Shown one piece after another: positions 19,922-32,126 of a DNA stretch of 64,000 nucleotides. Every line of letters starts with the position of its first letter. Position 1 is the first letter of the stretch. Both the position numbers and the translations under genes were made by a program. The notes under the pieces are model-generated. The model saw nothing but the letters and a program-made list of their open reading frames with translations, did not search any database and had not been told where the DNA came from. Source of the DNA: Macrostomum lignano (lineage: Eukaryota); assembly GCA_002269645.1 (NCBI GenBank), contig NIVC01000884.1, positions 248,001 through 312,000 on the forward strand, in the 5' to 3' direction.

Positions 19922-22900
19922 CTGACTGACTGACTGATTGATTGATTGACGGATTGATTGATTGATTGATTGACTGATTGATTGATTAATTGATTGATTG
20001 ATAGATTGATTGATTAATTGACTGATTGACTGACTGATTGATTGATTGATTGATTGACTGACTGACTGACTGACTGATTGATTGATTGACGGGTTGATTG
20101 ATTGATTGATTGATTGATTAATTGACTGACTGATTGATTGACTGACTGATTGATTGACTGACTGATTGATTGACTGACTGATTGATTGACTGACTGATTG
20201 ATCGATCGATTGATTGATTGATTGATTGATTGACTGACTCATTGATTGATTGATTGATTGACTGACTGATTGATTGATTAATTGATTGATTGATTGAATG
20301 ATTGATTGTTGGGTCGGGGGGTTGGACTGATGCCCTTGGCGATTGGTTTGTCAATCGATAAATTGTTTGCTTGATTTATTAATCATTTAATTGATTGGGT
20401 GATTTATCAATTCAGTGAGTGACTGTTGCTGTATGCAAAATTAGTAAAAATCTGAAACATTTATTCTTGGAAACAATTTAAGAGCCCTAATGCTTTTTGT
20501 CAGAAATCAAAAGCAGAACAAAAGAACAATTCGATAAGCACAGGAAAATTCTCATCAATTCCCAAAATAAAAACCTGTCTAAAAGATCCCCACCTCAACG
20601 CAGGCCTCCTCAACCACAGAGCCGGCAGGGCTGGCCTTGGCAGGTTGTGGCGACGGCGCCTTCGGCGGTGGCGCCTCCATGGCCTGGCGCTGCTTCCTCG
20701 GCATCACCGGCGCCTCAGCCTCCGCCTCCGCCTCAGCCTCCTCTAGCGCCATTTTCAGCTGAGTAGGCGCCACTTTGGCGCCGACGCTGCTGTAGGCGCG
20801 GCTGGCCAGCTGCTCTTCGAGCTGTCGAACTCGAGCAGACCGAATCTCCAGCAGCCGGTTGAGCTCCCCAATTCGAGTCTCGTATTCGTCGCGCACCTCC
20901 TGCAGGCGGAACTCGGTGAGGCTGGCCCCGGCCTTGGTGTCGGCTGACAGCAGCTGCTGGGCCTTCAGCAGCTCGCGCGCCTTGTCCAGCTCAGCCACAG
21001 CGTCGGCGTGGGCGACCTCCAGTTCGAGGATCCGGCGCTGGGCCTGGCTGTCGGCGCCGGTTCCCGCTGAGTCGTTCAGCAGCGGCGTCGACCGCTTCAG
21101 GAAGATCAGGTCGCTCGGCTGGAGCTCGGCCGACTCCTGCTGACGCCGGACCAGCGACAGAGCGGCGTGAAAATCGTTGTCTGAGATGCCCCGCTTCTGG
21201 AATGGTCAGTGGCAGCTGAGTCTATGCATGCTACTGTCAGTAGGGCAGTTGGTGTGCCATCGCTTGCCAAGATTTTTCAGTAGGGGGCTGCATCGATTTG
21301 GAGGCGCCATTTCATTAGGAGGTAGCGCCATTTCATTTAAATTTAGACGCCAGCACCAGGGGCGCCAGCACCAGGGCGCCAGCACCAGGTAAGCCAGCAC
21401 CAGGTAAGCCAGCACCAGGTAAGCCAGCACCAGGTAAGCCAGCACCAGGTAAGCCAGCACCAGGTAAGCCAGCACCAGGTAAGCCAGCACCAGGTAAGCC
21501 AGCACCAGGTAAGCCAGCACCAGGTAAGCCATCCGTAGTCCAGAACCAATCTAATTTTAGCTACGAGAAGAAAGATTTCCCAACCAACCCCAAAAATTAA
21601 TCTCCCCAACCTAGAGCTTTCTAGGTCTTTCTAGAGCTTTCTAGGGTTCTCTCACCCGATAGTCCAGGGCCGCTAGCCTCTCCGCCATGGCCTCATTCTT
21701 CAGCTGCAGGTCATAGTACCGAACTCTCAGCGTGTTCAACTCCATTTCCAGATCCGAGTCGCTTCCGGGCCCTGTTCCGGCATTGTTTTGATCAGTTTTA
21801 TGACCTGGAGAAGAGTTCTCGCGGATCGTTGAGGCTGCGCTGTCTTTGCCAGCTTCCAACTGACGAATCTGCGTCATCAGGGCCATCTCACGGATGCGCC
21901 ACTGCCGCTCCTTCTGCGTGTCGAATGCGCTGCAAAATTATGAGATTATTTTTTGGGATAAATGGCGGAAGATATTACGGTAAAAGTAAAGCTTTTGCAA
22001 AGATAAGGTCAGGTGCTAACGATAGAAATGAAGAACAGGGATGCAGTGCTGAAGATGGTGAGGAATGGAGAGGCTGGATGGACTTTTATAATGAAGAATA
22101 AGAGATTCTGAGCTGAGAATGATGAAGAGTAAAAGATGACGTGACGAATTAGAGATAGTGAGGAATAAAGGCTGCTGAGTTTAGGGATGATGAAGAATAG
22201 ATAGGGGATGCTGAGTTTGGGAATGATGAAGAATAGGCGGTGCCGAGATTGGAATTATGAAGAATCTGGGATGCTGAGTTTGGAGATGATGAAGAAAAAG
22301 AGATGCTGAGTTTGGGATGATGAAGAATAAGAGATGCTGAGTTAGGGATGATGAAGAATAAGAAATGCTGAGCTAGGGATGATGAAGAATAAGAGATGCT
22401 GAGTTCAGGATGATGAAGAATAGAGGATGCTGAGCTAGGGATGATGAAGAATGGTATCCTCACCTGGCGATGAGTTTCTCATTGGACTCCCTCAGAATCT
22501 GAGCCTCGGCCCTCGCATCCTCCAGAGCCAGCTCCATCTGCAGCAGCCGCTTCTGAGTAGCCTGACTCACGGCCTCGCTGCCAGCTGAGGCCGCCGCCTC
22601 TTCGTCTCGAAGCCGGGCGCTGAGTCTTGACTGCTCGGAGCTCTGCATCAGGGCGGAGTTGGCCGACTGAAGGTCCCGGATTCGCTCCTCGAGAGTGTCG
22701 CAGCGCAACTGCAGCTGATCAACCATGGCGGTTTTCTCGCGTAGCTGGCGCTGCATCCGCACTCTCTCGAGATCCTCCTGCATCGACATCAGCTGGGAGC
22801 CGCCCGCCTGAATGCGGGCCGTCTCTCGCTCAGAGTTGGCGTCCTGGATACGCGGAGCGTTGTGAAGATTTCAAGAGTATTGAAACAGAATTAAGACTGC

Positions 22901-25347
22901 TACTATCATTAGTATTAAAATATAAGTAAAGTTTGCTACTATCAGTAGTATTGAAATATAAGTAAGTTTGCTACTATCAGTAGTAATATAAGCAAGTTTG
23001 CTATTATCAGTAGTATTAAAATATAAGTAAGTTTGCTACTATCAGTAGTATTAAAATATAAGCAAGTTTGCTATTATCAGTAGTATTAAAATATAAGCAA
23101 GTTTGCTACTATCAGTAGTATTAAAATATAAGTAAGTTTGCTATTATCAGTAGTATTGAAATATAAGTAAGTTTGCTATTATCAGTAGTATTAAAATATA
23201 AGCAAGTTTGCTACTATCAGTAGTATTAAAATATAAGCAAGTTTGCTACTATCAGTAGTATTAAAAATAAGCAAGTTTGCTACTATCAGTAGTATTAAAA
23301 TATAAGTGAGTTTTCTACTATCAGTGGTATTAAAATATAAGTAAGTTTGCTACTATCAGTAGTATTAAAACAAAAGTAACACTGCTACTATCAGTAGTAA
23401 TAAATTTTCTAAGTGCGCTAGTACTACTGACAGTAGCAAGTACTGCCTCTGAGTGCATAATCTTGAAAAGAAGGAAGTATTGATATTACGCCTCGTGGTA
23501 AACATTATACTATCAATAGTATGGGTAGTGTATTATTACGAACCTTAGCAGCGCTCTTCAACTCCATGTCCTTCAGGTTCAGCTGCTCCTTTAGCGACTC
23601 CACCTCTTGCCGAAGCCGCTGCACCTCCTCAGAGTTACCGCCGCCGCTGCCCACGCCGCCTCCAAAACTGGACGACAGGCCTCGGTTTTGCAGTCGCGAG
23701 CTCGAGCTCCCGCCACGATAGCCGCCGCGCCGTTTCGGCGACCCGCCGCCAGCGGCCGACCCGGCCTGCGCATTTTTCAGCGCCATCCGGCCCTGCAGCT
23801 GTGCGTTCTGCTTCTCCAGCTCAACCAGCCTCATCTCCAGCTTCACAACTTGATCTGTGGCGCGAATCTCAGCTTGCGAGGCGCCCATCCGGGACTGCAG
23901 TTGGCGCAGCTGGGCAAGGTTGAGTTGGGAACAATGATGACGAATGACTTGGCGAATTGATGAAAAACAAGGGATGCTGAGTTGATGACGATGAATAATA
24001 GGGATGATGAAGGATAGGGATGATGAAGGATAGGGATGATGAAGGATAGGGATGATGAAGGATAGGGATGATGAAGGATAGGGATGATGAAGGATAGGGA
24101 TGATGAAGGATAGGGTTGATGAAGGATAGGGATGATGAAGGATAGGGATGATGAAGGATAGGGATGATGAAGGATAGGGATGATGAAGGATAGGGATGAT
24201 GAAGGATAGGGATGATGAAGGATAGGGATGATGAAGGATAGGGATGATGAAGGATAGGGATGATGAAGGATAGGGATGATGAAGGATAGGGATGATGAAG
24301 GATAGGGTTGATGAAGGATAGGGATGATGAAGGATAGGGATGATGAAGGATAGGGATGATGAAGGATAGGGATGATGAAGGATAGGGATGATGAAGGATA
24401 GGGATGATGAAGGATAGGGATGATGAAGGATAGGGATGATGAAGGATGGGGATGATGAAGGATAGGGATGATGAAGGATAGGGATGATGAAGGATAGGGA
24501 TGATGAAGGATAGGGATGATGAAGGATAGGGATGATGAAGGATAGGGATGATGAAGGATAGGGATGATGAAGGATAGGGATGATGAAGGATAGGGATGAT
24601 GAAGGATAGGGATGATGAAGGATAGGGATGATGAAGGATAGGGATGATGAAGGATAGGGATGATGAAGGATGGGGATGATGAAGGATAGGGATGATGAAG
24701 GATAGGGATGATGAAGGATAGGGATGATGAAGGATAGGGATGATGAAGGATAGGGATGATGAAGGATAGGGATGATGAAGGATAGGGATGATGAAGGATA
24801 GGGATGATGAAGGATAGGAATGATGAAGAGTAGAGACGATGAACAATAAGGATGACAAATAATGAGTGTGCTGAGTTGGAAGATAATAAAGTATAGTGGA
24901 CAGCTAAGCTATACCAGTCAGCTTATCATTATAATTTCTATATATTCAAATTCGATTCTCCATTAAGTTGATACAGACAGAGATTTAATTAAGGCAGATT
25001 TATTTTCATAATAATAAAAAAGAATAATGTCTGTTAATTTTTTTGCTTATTGCGCCCATGGGCACCTCGACTTCCTACGAAAAAAGTACAAACGGTTTTT
25101 AGTCTCTTCCGTGGCTCACCTTTTCTTGCGTTTTTGTCTGCACCAGCTTCGAGTTCTTGAGCGCATCCTCCTGTTCCCGCATTTTCTCCTTCAGCTGGCT
25201 GTGTTCGTGATAGAGGGTCAGTAACCTGTCCTGCAGCTCCTCTTTCGGCCATTTGAGCACCAGCGATCGATCGAGCAATCCGCTCTGCTCAGACGAGCGA
25301 GTCCTGGTGCGCTTGATTGGCACATGGTCGAGTCCATCAGGGCCTGA
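16421..25347 (-). CDS. RPGRIP1L: RPGRIP1L/RPGRIP1 (fantom, MKS5)-like ciliary transition-zone protein; 10 exons, about 1020 aa
   Basis: Minus-strand exons 25347-25120, 23909-23544, 22843-22464, 21929-21656, 21196-20594, 19607-19428, 19147-19027, 18260-17668, 17076-16872 and 16530-16421 are GT-AG with matching phases. Recognised motifs: [12 protein letters not shown]; [19 protein letters not shown]; [26 protein letters not shown]; [16 protein letters not shown]; [16 protein letters not shown]; C-terminal RID-type C2 domain ([10 protein letters not shown]...[12 protein letters not shown]...LEFSVVCE...IGTLKVA). The donors of exons 5-7 are less certain. RPGRIP1L versus RPGRIP1 cannot be resolved by eye. 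Confidence 0.85.
17122..17649. repeat. 21-bp minisatellite (CCCCTTATCACCTGCACCCAG)n, intronic
   Basis: About 25 visible units. Confidence 0.97.
18296..19001. repeat. Degenerate TGTGTGAAT-based compound repeats, intronic
   Basis: Two related repeat blocks separated by a short unique stretch. Confidence 0.85.
19617..20308. repeat. (GATT/GACT)n microsatellite, intronic
   Basis: Visible tetranucleotide repeat. Confidence 0.97.
21347..21529. repeat. 15-bp minisatellite (AGCCAGCACCAGGTA)n, intronic
   Basis: About 11 visible units. Confidence 0.95.
22080..22450. repeat. Degenerate repeat of about 30 bp (GATGCTGAGTTTGGGATGATGAAGAATA), intronic
   Basis: Recurring motif with substitutions. Confidence 0.8.
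22897..23400. repeat. Minisatellite of about 35 bp (AAGTAAGTTTGCTACTATCAGTAGTATTAAAATAT)n, intronic
   Basis: Visible units. Confidence 0.93.
23990..24830. repeat. 16-bp minisatellite (GGGATGATGAAGGATA)n, intronic
   Basis: About 50 nearly identical units. Confidence 0.97.
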
Positions 25348-27738
25348 CTGCAGATTGCAACTTGTCAAGTTTCGGTTTACTTATTGATTAATATGGCTGA
25401 AAAGTTGAATTGCGATTGTAAGCTTAAATTCCAATGAAATCTTACTTATCTGTTAAGCTGACTTCATTGAAAAAAGAAAAAAATCCTCATTGAAGCATTG
25501 CAATAATTCATCTAAATAAAAACCACTCAGGAAGAATTATTGAAGAGCTATTAGAATGCTCTTACTAGGCAATTATTGCATCAATAAATTTTAATTTTTG
25601 AAACATTATTCTCATTAAAATATATGTTTTTAAAGCCATTCAATCAGTTTTCTTTATTACATATTCCAATATTAAATTTTATCAGTTTATTTCTTTCAAT
25701 AAGAATCTTTCTTTCTTTGAAGAACTTTTCTAGTTAAATTAGAAAACTAGACTAATTGTAGCTAAAATTGAAATGTAGTTGTTACTTGCTAACAGTAATA
25801 AAATTCCTAATTATTTATTAGCTTTTAAATGCACATATGTAAAGCAGTTAATACGTATAATTTGACTGTATTACGATGTTGTAAACAAGTAAAGAAATTA
25901 GGCCTTTGTTTTTTACTTTAAAACCTAAAAGAACTATATTAGTATCGGGATAATTTACGAGCATCTATACCTCTGTAGCTTGAGATTTCAAAAAATCAGT
26001 GAGAAATCGGCTGTATTATTATGCCACTGATGTTTTTGAATCACTGTATACTTTAAATTACATATTTATCATATATCATTGGTGGTTGTATAACAAGTTG
26101 AAATGCGAAGTTTGAAGTGAAACTCATTAGTACCATACTATCATTGGTGACAATTAATTCAGTCTGTCATTTTAACTGTATGGTTATATTATTTTTCAGT
26201 TGTAATATTCAGAAGCAATAGTTTAAGAGTATGAGCTATAAAATACACATACAAGACAAAACGTAGGTAACTTCGTCTTACTTAGTCTTCGTCTTCAGGC
26301 CGATAAATTATAAATGAGTTTATGTTGAATAAATACAGCCAATCATACCATAAATTACATTATTGCTGTATTTAAAAAACATAAACTTTTGTACCTTTGT
26401 ACTGTAAAACCCTACAGAAGTCTAATAAAAAACGACTCTAGCAAAAGAGCAAAAGTTTTTATATTTAGTTAAAAATGGTACATTCCGGAACTATAAACTG
26501 AAAATCAGAATTTGTAGTTACTATGTCAAACTGCTAATTAGTTTTCTTTGATTCTAGACGACTTTTTCAAATACTCTGGAGACTCTGGAGTCGTGCGGTA
26601 TGGAAAAGATGAAGTAGAATCTCACATGTACAGTACCAGCTACATGCGTTGCTCTCGCTTTTCATGTCAACAACAACAACAAAATACGCAGCCCTGCATT
26701 ATGTACATGCAGTTTCTCACTCAGATAGCCTTAAATCACTCTGAATCTTAACTCTTTGAACTTTATTGCTTAATGGCCCTGCTCTATACTCATGTGACAG
26801 TGTGATTCGTAGAAGCGTGTATCGTATTTATTTATTTTCATATGCATACCGTACTACCACTGTATTATTTCATTTATTTTAACAATATTCTTACGTATTA
26901 TTATCGGGCTATTTTTACTGTTAATTGCTTTGTTTTTGTAGCCTCGTATGTATTTATTCTATTATTTGTATTTCATTCATATCGTTATTATTTCTCGTAA
27001 AGTAGTTCTACCTATGTACATGTACTGACGCGATGTTATTCTTGCACGATATATATTATCGATTAATTTGTACATGTACATTGCGCGCCGCGTCCGCGTG
27101 GGGGGTTTTTTGTCTGGGTTTTGGATTAAGGGTGTTGTTGTTATCTGTTTACCTTTAAATATATGCTTGCACTACAGTCAGCAGCCGCTCTCGCCCTTCC
27201 CCTTGCTTCGCTTCTCGACCTAGGCTCGCTAACCCTTAGCTGTGACGCTGTCTGGCCTCCTTACACCAACTCTTCCGCCGTCTACCTTGGCACACCAATT
27301 AATTAATTAAGTGATCCAGCAATTTTAAGTAGCACTAGCAAAAGTCTAAGGGTTGAAGCGGCTTGCCGATCTGCTAATTAATCGTGAACTATCTAAATTA
27401 ACCGCTACACAAATCCGTCTTTATTCGCCTTATTCGTCACACTCACAGCTAGGATTCGGCAGAATTTAAAATACGCATAATCGTAATGTGTACGTTACGC
27501 TCAGGCACGATCGTGATCGACCAAGTCCATGCAGACAAAATTTTGACACATGTACGCGCAAAAGTACACATTTACATGTACATGTACGCATTTGCTGATC
27601 TGAATTAAGGAAACTTAAGCAAGCCATTAGTAATTCTTATTCAACACTAACAGCTTATCAGGGCTCATATTCATGGAGGAGTCTACATGGTTTATACATG
27701 TACATGTAACAATTTTGATTTTTTAGTTTTAGTATACC

Positions 27739-30700
27739 ACTAGCAATCTTTGCCCCCCGATGGGGGACATCTGGATAGAATCCTTGTTCTTTACAAATAA
27801 CAAATAGACAGCAAAAAAAGCCTTCATAAAAAACAACAGACATTCCCTCTTAAAAACAAAACATCCCAAGACAGCAAGCATCCTCAGACAGCATTCAAGC
27901 ATCGATCCCCAAATAGCAAGCATCCCCCAGACTGCAAGCATCCCCCAGACTGCAAGCATCCCCCAGACTGCAAGCATCCCCCAGATAGCAAGCATCCCCC
28001 CGATAGAAAGCAACCCCAGATAGCAAGCATCCCCCCAATAGAAAGCAACCCCAGATAGCAAGCATCCCCCGATAGAAAGCAACCCCAGATAGCAAGCATC
28101 CCCCGATAGAAAGCAACCCCAGATAGCAAGCATCCCCCGATAGAAAGCAACCCCAGATAGCAAGCATCCCCCGATAGAAAGCAACCCCAGATAGCAAGCA
28201 TCCCCCGATAGAAAGCAACCCCAGATAGCAAGCATCCCCCCGATAGAAAGCAACCCCAGATAGCAAGCATCCCCCAGATAGCAAGCATTCCCCAGACCCC
28301 AGATAGTAAGCATCCCCCAGATAGCAAGCATCCCCCAGATAGCAAGCATCCCCCAGATAGCAAGCATCCCCCAGATAGCAAGCATCCCCCAGATAGCAAG
28401 CATCCCCCAGATAGCAAGCATCCCCCAGATACCAAGCATCCCAGATAGCAAGCATTCCCAAGATAGCAAGCATCCCCCAGTTAGCAAGCATCCCCCAGAT
28501 AGCAAGCATCTTCCAGAGAGCAAGCATCCCCTACATAGATAGCATCCCCAAATAGCAAGCATCCACCAGACAATAAGTAGCTAGTGCGACAATTTCCTTA
28601 GCATTATAGTGGCTCCTTTAAAATTCGCTTACTTTTATGTTTGAAATTGTGTAAATTTTATGTTTGACATGGTGGCTGTTTTAAGTTCTACATGGCAACT
28701 GTTTTATGTTTGAAACGATGGCTTTTTAATGTCAGACATGGTGGCTCTTTTATGTTTGACATGGTGGCTCTTTAATGTTTGACATGGTGGCTCTTCTATA
28801 TTTGTCATGGTAGCTCTTTTGTGTTTGACATGATAGCTCTTTAATGTTTGACATGGTGGCTCTTCTATGTTTGACATGGTAGCTCTTTTGTGTTTGACAT
28901 GATAGCTCTTTAATGTTTGACATGGTGGCTCTTCTATATTTGACATGGTGTCTTCTATATTTGATGTGGTGGCTCTTTTGTGTTTGACATGATAGCTCTT
29001 TAATGTTTGACATGGTGGCTCTTCTATGTTTGACATGGTAGCTCTTTATTGTTTGACATGGTGGCTCCTCTATGTTTGCCATGGTGTCTCTTCTATGTTT
29101 GACATGGTGGCTCTTTTGTGTTTGACATCATAGCTTTTTAATGTTTGAAATGGTGGCTCTTTAATGTTCGACATGGTGGCTCTTCTATGTTTGACATGGC
29201 GGCTCCCTTATGTGTGACATGGTGTCTTTTTTATGTTTAAGGTTTGACATGGAGTCATATATGTTTGACATGGTGGCTCTTTTATGTGTTTTATCTCTTT
29301 TATGAGTAAACAAACAAGCTTTTTAATGTTTGACATGGTGGCTCAATAATGTTTTGACATGGTCTCTCTTTTATGTTCAATGTTTGACATGGAGTCACAT
29401 ATATGTTTGACATAGTGGCTCTTTTATGTTTGAGAGGGTGGCTCTTTAATTTTCACCATGATGGCGCTTTAATGTTTGACATAGAGACACGTATAGTATA
29501 TGTTTGACATGGTGGCTCTTTTATGTTCGAAATGGTGGCTCTTTTTTGTTTGGCATGGTGGCTCTTTTATGTTTGACATGGTGGCTCTTTTATGTTGACA
29601 TGGTGGCTCTTTTATGTTCGACATGGTGGCTCTTTTATGTTTGACATGGTGGCTCCTTTTTGTTGATATGATGGCTCTTTTATGTTCTACATGGTAACTC
29701 TTTTATGTTTGATACGGTGGCTTTTCAATGTCTGACATGGGGGCTCTTTAATGTTTGACATGGTGGCTCTTTAATGTTAGACATGGTGGCTCTTTAATGT
29801 TAGACAAAGTGGCTTTTAAATGTTTGACATGATGGCTCTTTTATGTTTGACATGGTGGCTCTCTAATGTTTGACATGGTGGCTCTTTAATGTTAGACAAA
29901 GTGGCTCTTAAATGTTTGACATGATGGCTCTTTTATGTTTGACATGGTGGCTCTTTAATGTTCGACATGGTGTCGCTTCAATGTTTGACATGGAGTTACG
30001 TATATGTTTTACATGGTGGCTCTTTTATGTTCGACGTGGTGGCTCTTTAATGTTTGACATGGGGTCTCTTCAATGTTTGACATGGAGTTACGTATATGTT
30101 TGACATGGTGGCTCTTTAATGTTTTACATGGTGGCACTTTCATGTTTGACCTGGTGGCTCTTAAATGTTTGACATGGTGGCTCTTTAATGTTTGACATGG
30201 TGTCTCTTTAACGTTTGACATGGAGTCATGTATATGTTTGACATGGTGGCTCTTGATTGTTCGACATAGAGTCATGTATATGTTTGCCATGGTGGCTCTT
30301 TAATGTTAGACATGGTGGCTCTTTTATGTTTTGCATGGTGGCTCTTTTATGTTCGACATGGTGTCTCTTCAATGTTTGACATGGAGTCATGTATATGTTT
30401 GACATGGTGGCTCTTGTATTTTTAACACGTTAGATCTTTAATGTTCGACATGGTGGCTCTTTAATGTCTAACATGGAGTCACGTATATGTTTGACATGGA
30501 GTCATGTATATGTCTGATATGGTAGCTCTTTAATGTTTTACATGGTGGCACTTTCATGTTTGACCTGGTGGCTCTTTAATGTTTGACATGGTGGCCCTTT
30601 TATGTTCGACATGGTGGCTCTTTAATGTTTGACATGGAGTCATGTATATGTTTGACCTGGTGGCTCTTTAATGTTTGACATGGTGGCTCTTTAATGTTTT

Positions 30701-32126
30701 ATATGGCGGCACTTTCATGTTTGACCTGGTGGCTCTTTAATGTTTGACATGGTGGCTTTTTAATATTTGACATAGTGGCACTTTCATGTTTGACCTGGTG
30801 GGTCTTTAATGTTTGACATGGTACCTCTTTTATGTTCGACATGTTGGCTCTTTAATGTTTTACATGGTGGCTCTTTAATGTTTGACATGGTGACTCTTTT
30901 ATGTTCTACATGGTGGCTCTTTTATGTTCGACATGGTGGCTCTTTAATGTTTGACATTGTGGCTCTTTAATATTTGACAAGGTGGCTCTTTAATGTTTGA
31001 AATGGTGGCTCTTTAATTTTCGAAATGGTGGCTGTTTTATGTTTGACATGGTGGCTCTTTAATGTTCGACATGGTGGCTCTTTAATGTTCTTAATGGTGT
31101 CTCTTTAATGTTTGCCATTGTGGCTCTTTAATGTTTGACATGGTGGCTCTTTTAGGTTTGAAATGGTGGCTCTTTAATGTTTGACATTGTGGCTCTTTAA
31201 TGTTCAACATGGTGGCTCTTTAATGTTTGACATGGTAACTCTTTTATGTTTGATATGGTGGCTCTTTTATGTTCAACATGGTGGCTCTTTAATGTTCGAC
31301 ATGGTGGCTCTTTTAGGTTTGAAATGGTGGCTCTTTAATGTTTGACATTGTGGCTCTTTAATGTTTGAAATGGTGGCTCTTTATTGTTTTATATGGTGGC
31401 TCTTTTATGTTCGACATGGTGGCTCTTTCAGGTTTGAAATGGTGGCTCTTTAATGTTTGACATTGTGGCTCTTTAATGTTTGAAATGGTGGCTCTTTAAT
31501 GTTTGATATGGTGGCTCTTTTATGTTCGACATGGTGGCTCTTTAATGTTTAGAATTTTGTGTTTTTTAAGGTGTTTTAATATAAAAAACATTTTTCACTA
31601 CTAAGATTCGAACCAAGGTCGCTACATTAGCATTCCAGTCTGTTTGCATCCGGCTATCTCTTTTCAATTGGAGAACATGACTTGTGGCCCTTATAATTCA
31701 ATACTTATAGCAAGTCGGTTAGAGTAAAAAGTTATGACATAATCAATTTCTCAGTCAGCCAGTATCAGCCTCAATTCAAGATAGCAATATGGTTACGCAA
31801 TTTCAATCAAGTCTTGTGTGCGTTTCTGTGGCACTGTTTTCAACTTGTTGTGATGCAATCTTTATCACAATCGTAATTCAGCCAGTCAGTTTTTTCTCTA
31901 GCATTCTTACATTGCATTTCAAGTCAAAAATTTGGCTTGACCTTTGCAAAAAAGCATGTTTATCGAATATTTAATCCCTTTAACATTGAGCAATTTCTTA
32001 GCCAAGATGCATGTACCGTCCCAGGAACATTTCTGATCGAATGGTGCAAGTTTGAAGAAAATCGGTTGAGCCATTTTTTCTGAAATCTATCGCATACCGA
32101 CAGACAACTCATTTTTAGTATATTGG
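27739..32126 (+). mobile_element. Non-autonomous Helitron/Helentron-like element, copy 1 of a tandem dimer
   Basis: Starts ACTAGCAATCTTTGCCCCCCG, then an 18-bp array (ATAGCAAGCATCCCCCAG), a 20-21-bp array (ATGTTTGACATGGTGGCTCTTT) and a 570-bp unique segment ending AAGTTTGAAGAAAATCGGTTGAGCC...CCGACAGACAACTCATTTTTAGTATATTG. The termini resemble insect Lep1/DINE-1-type elements (recognised by eye). Confidence 0.55.

Noticed and set aside
31596-31660. Functional tRNA gene
   Set aside because: Only a T-arm and loop-like part is evident, with no convincing acceptor or D stems, and it is duplicated within a repeat unit; reported as tRNA-derived instead.
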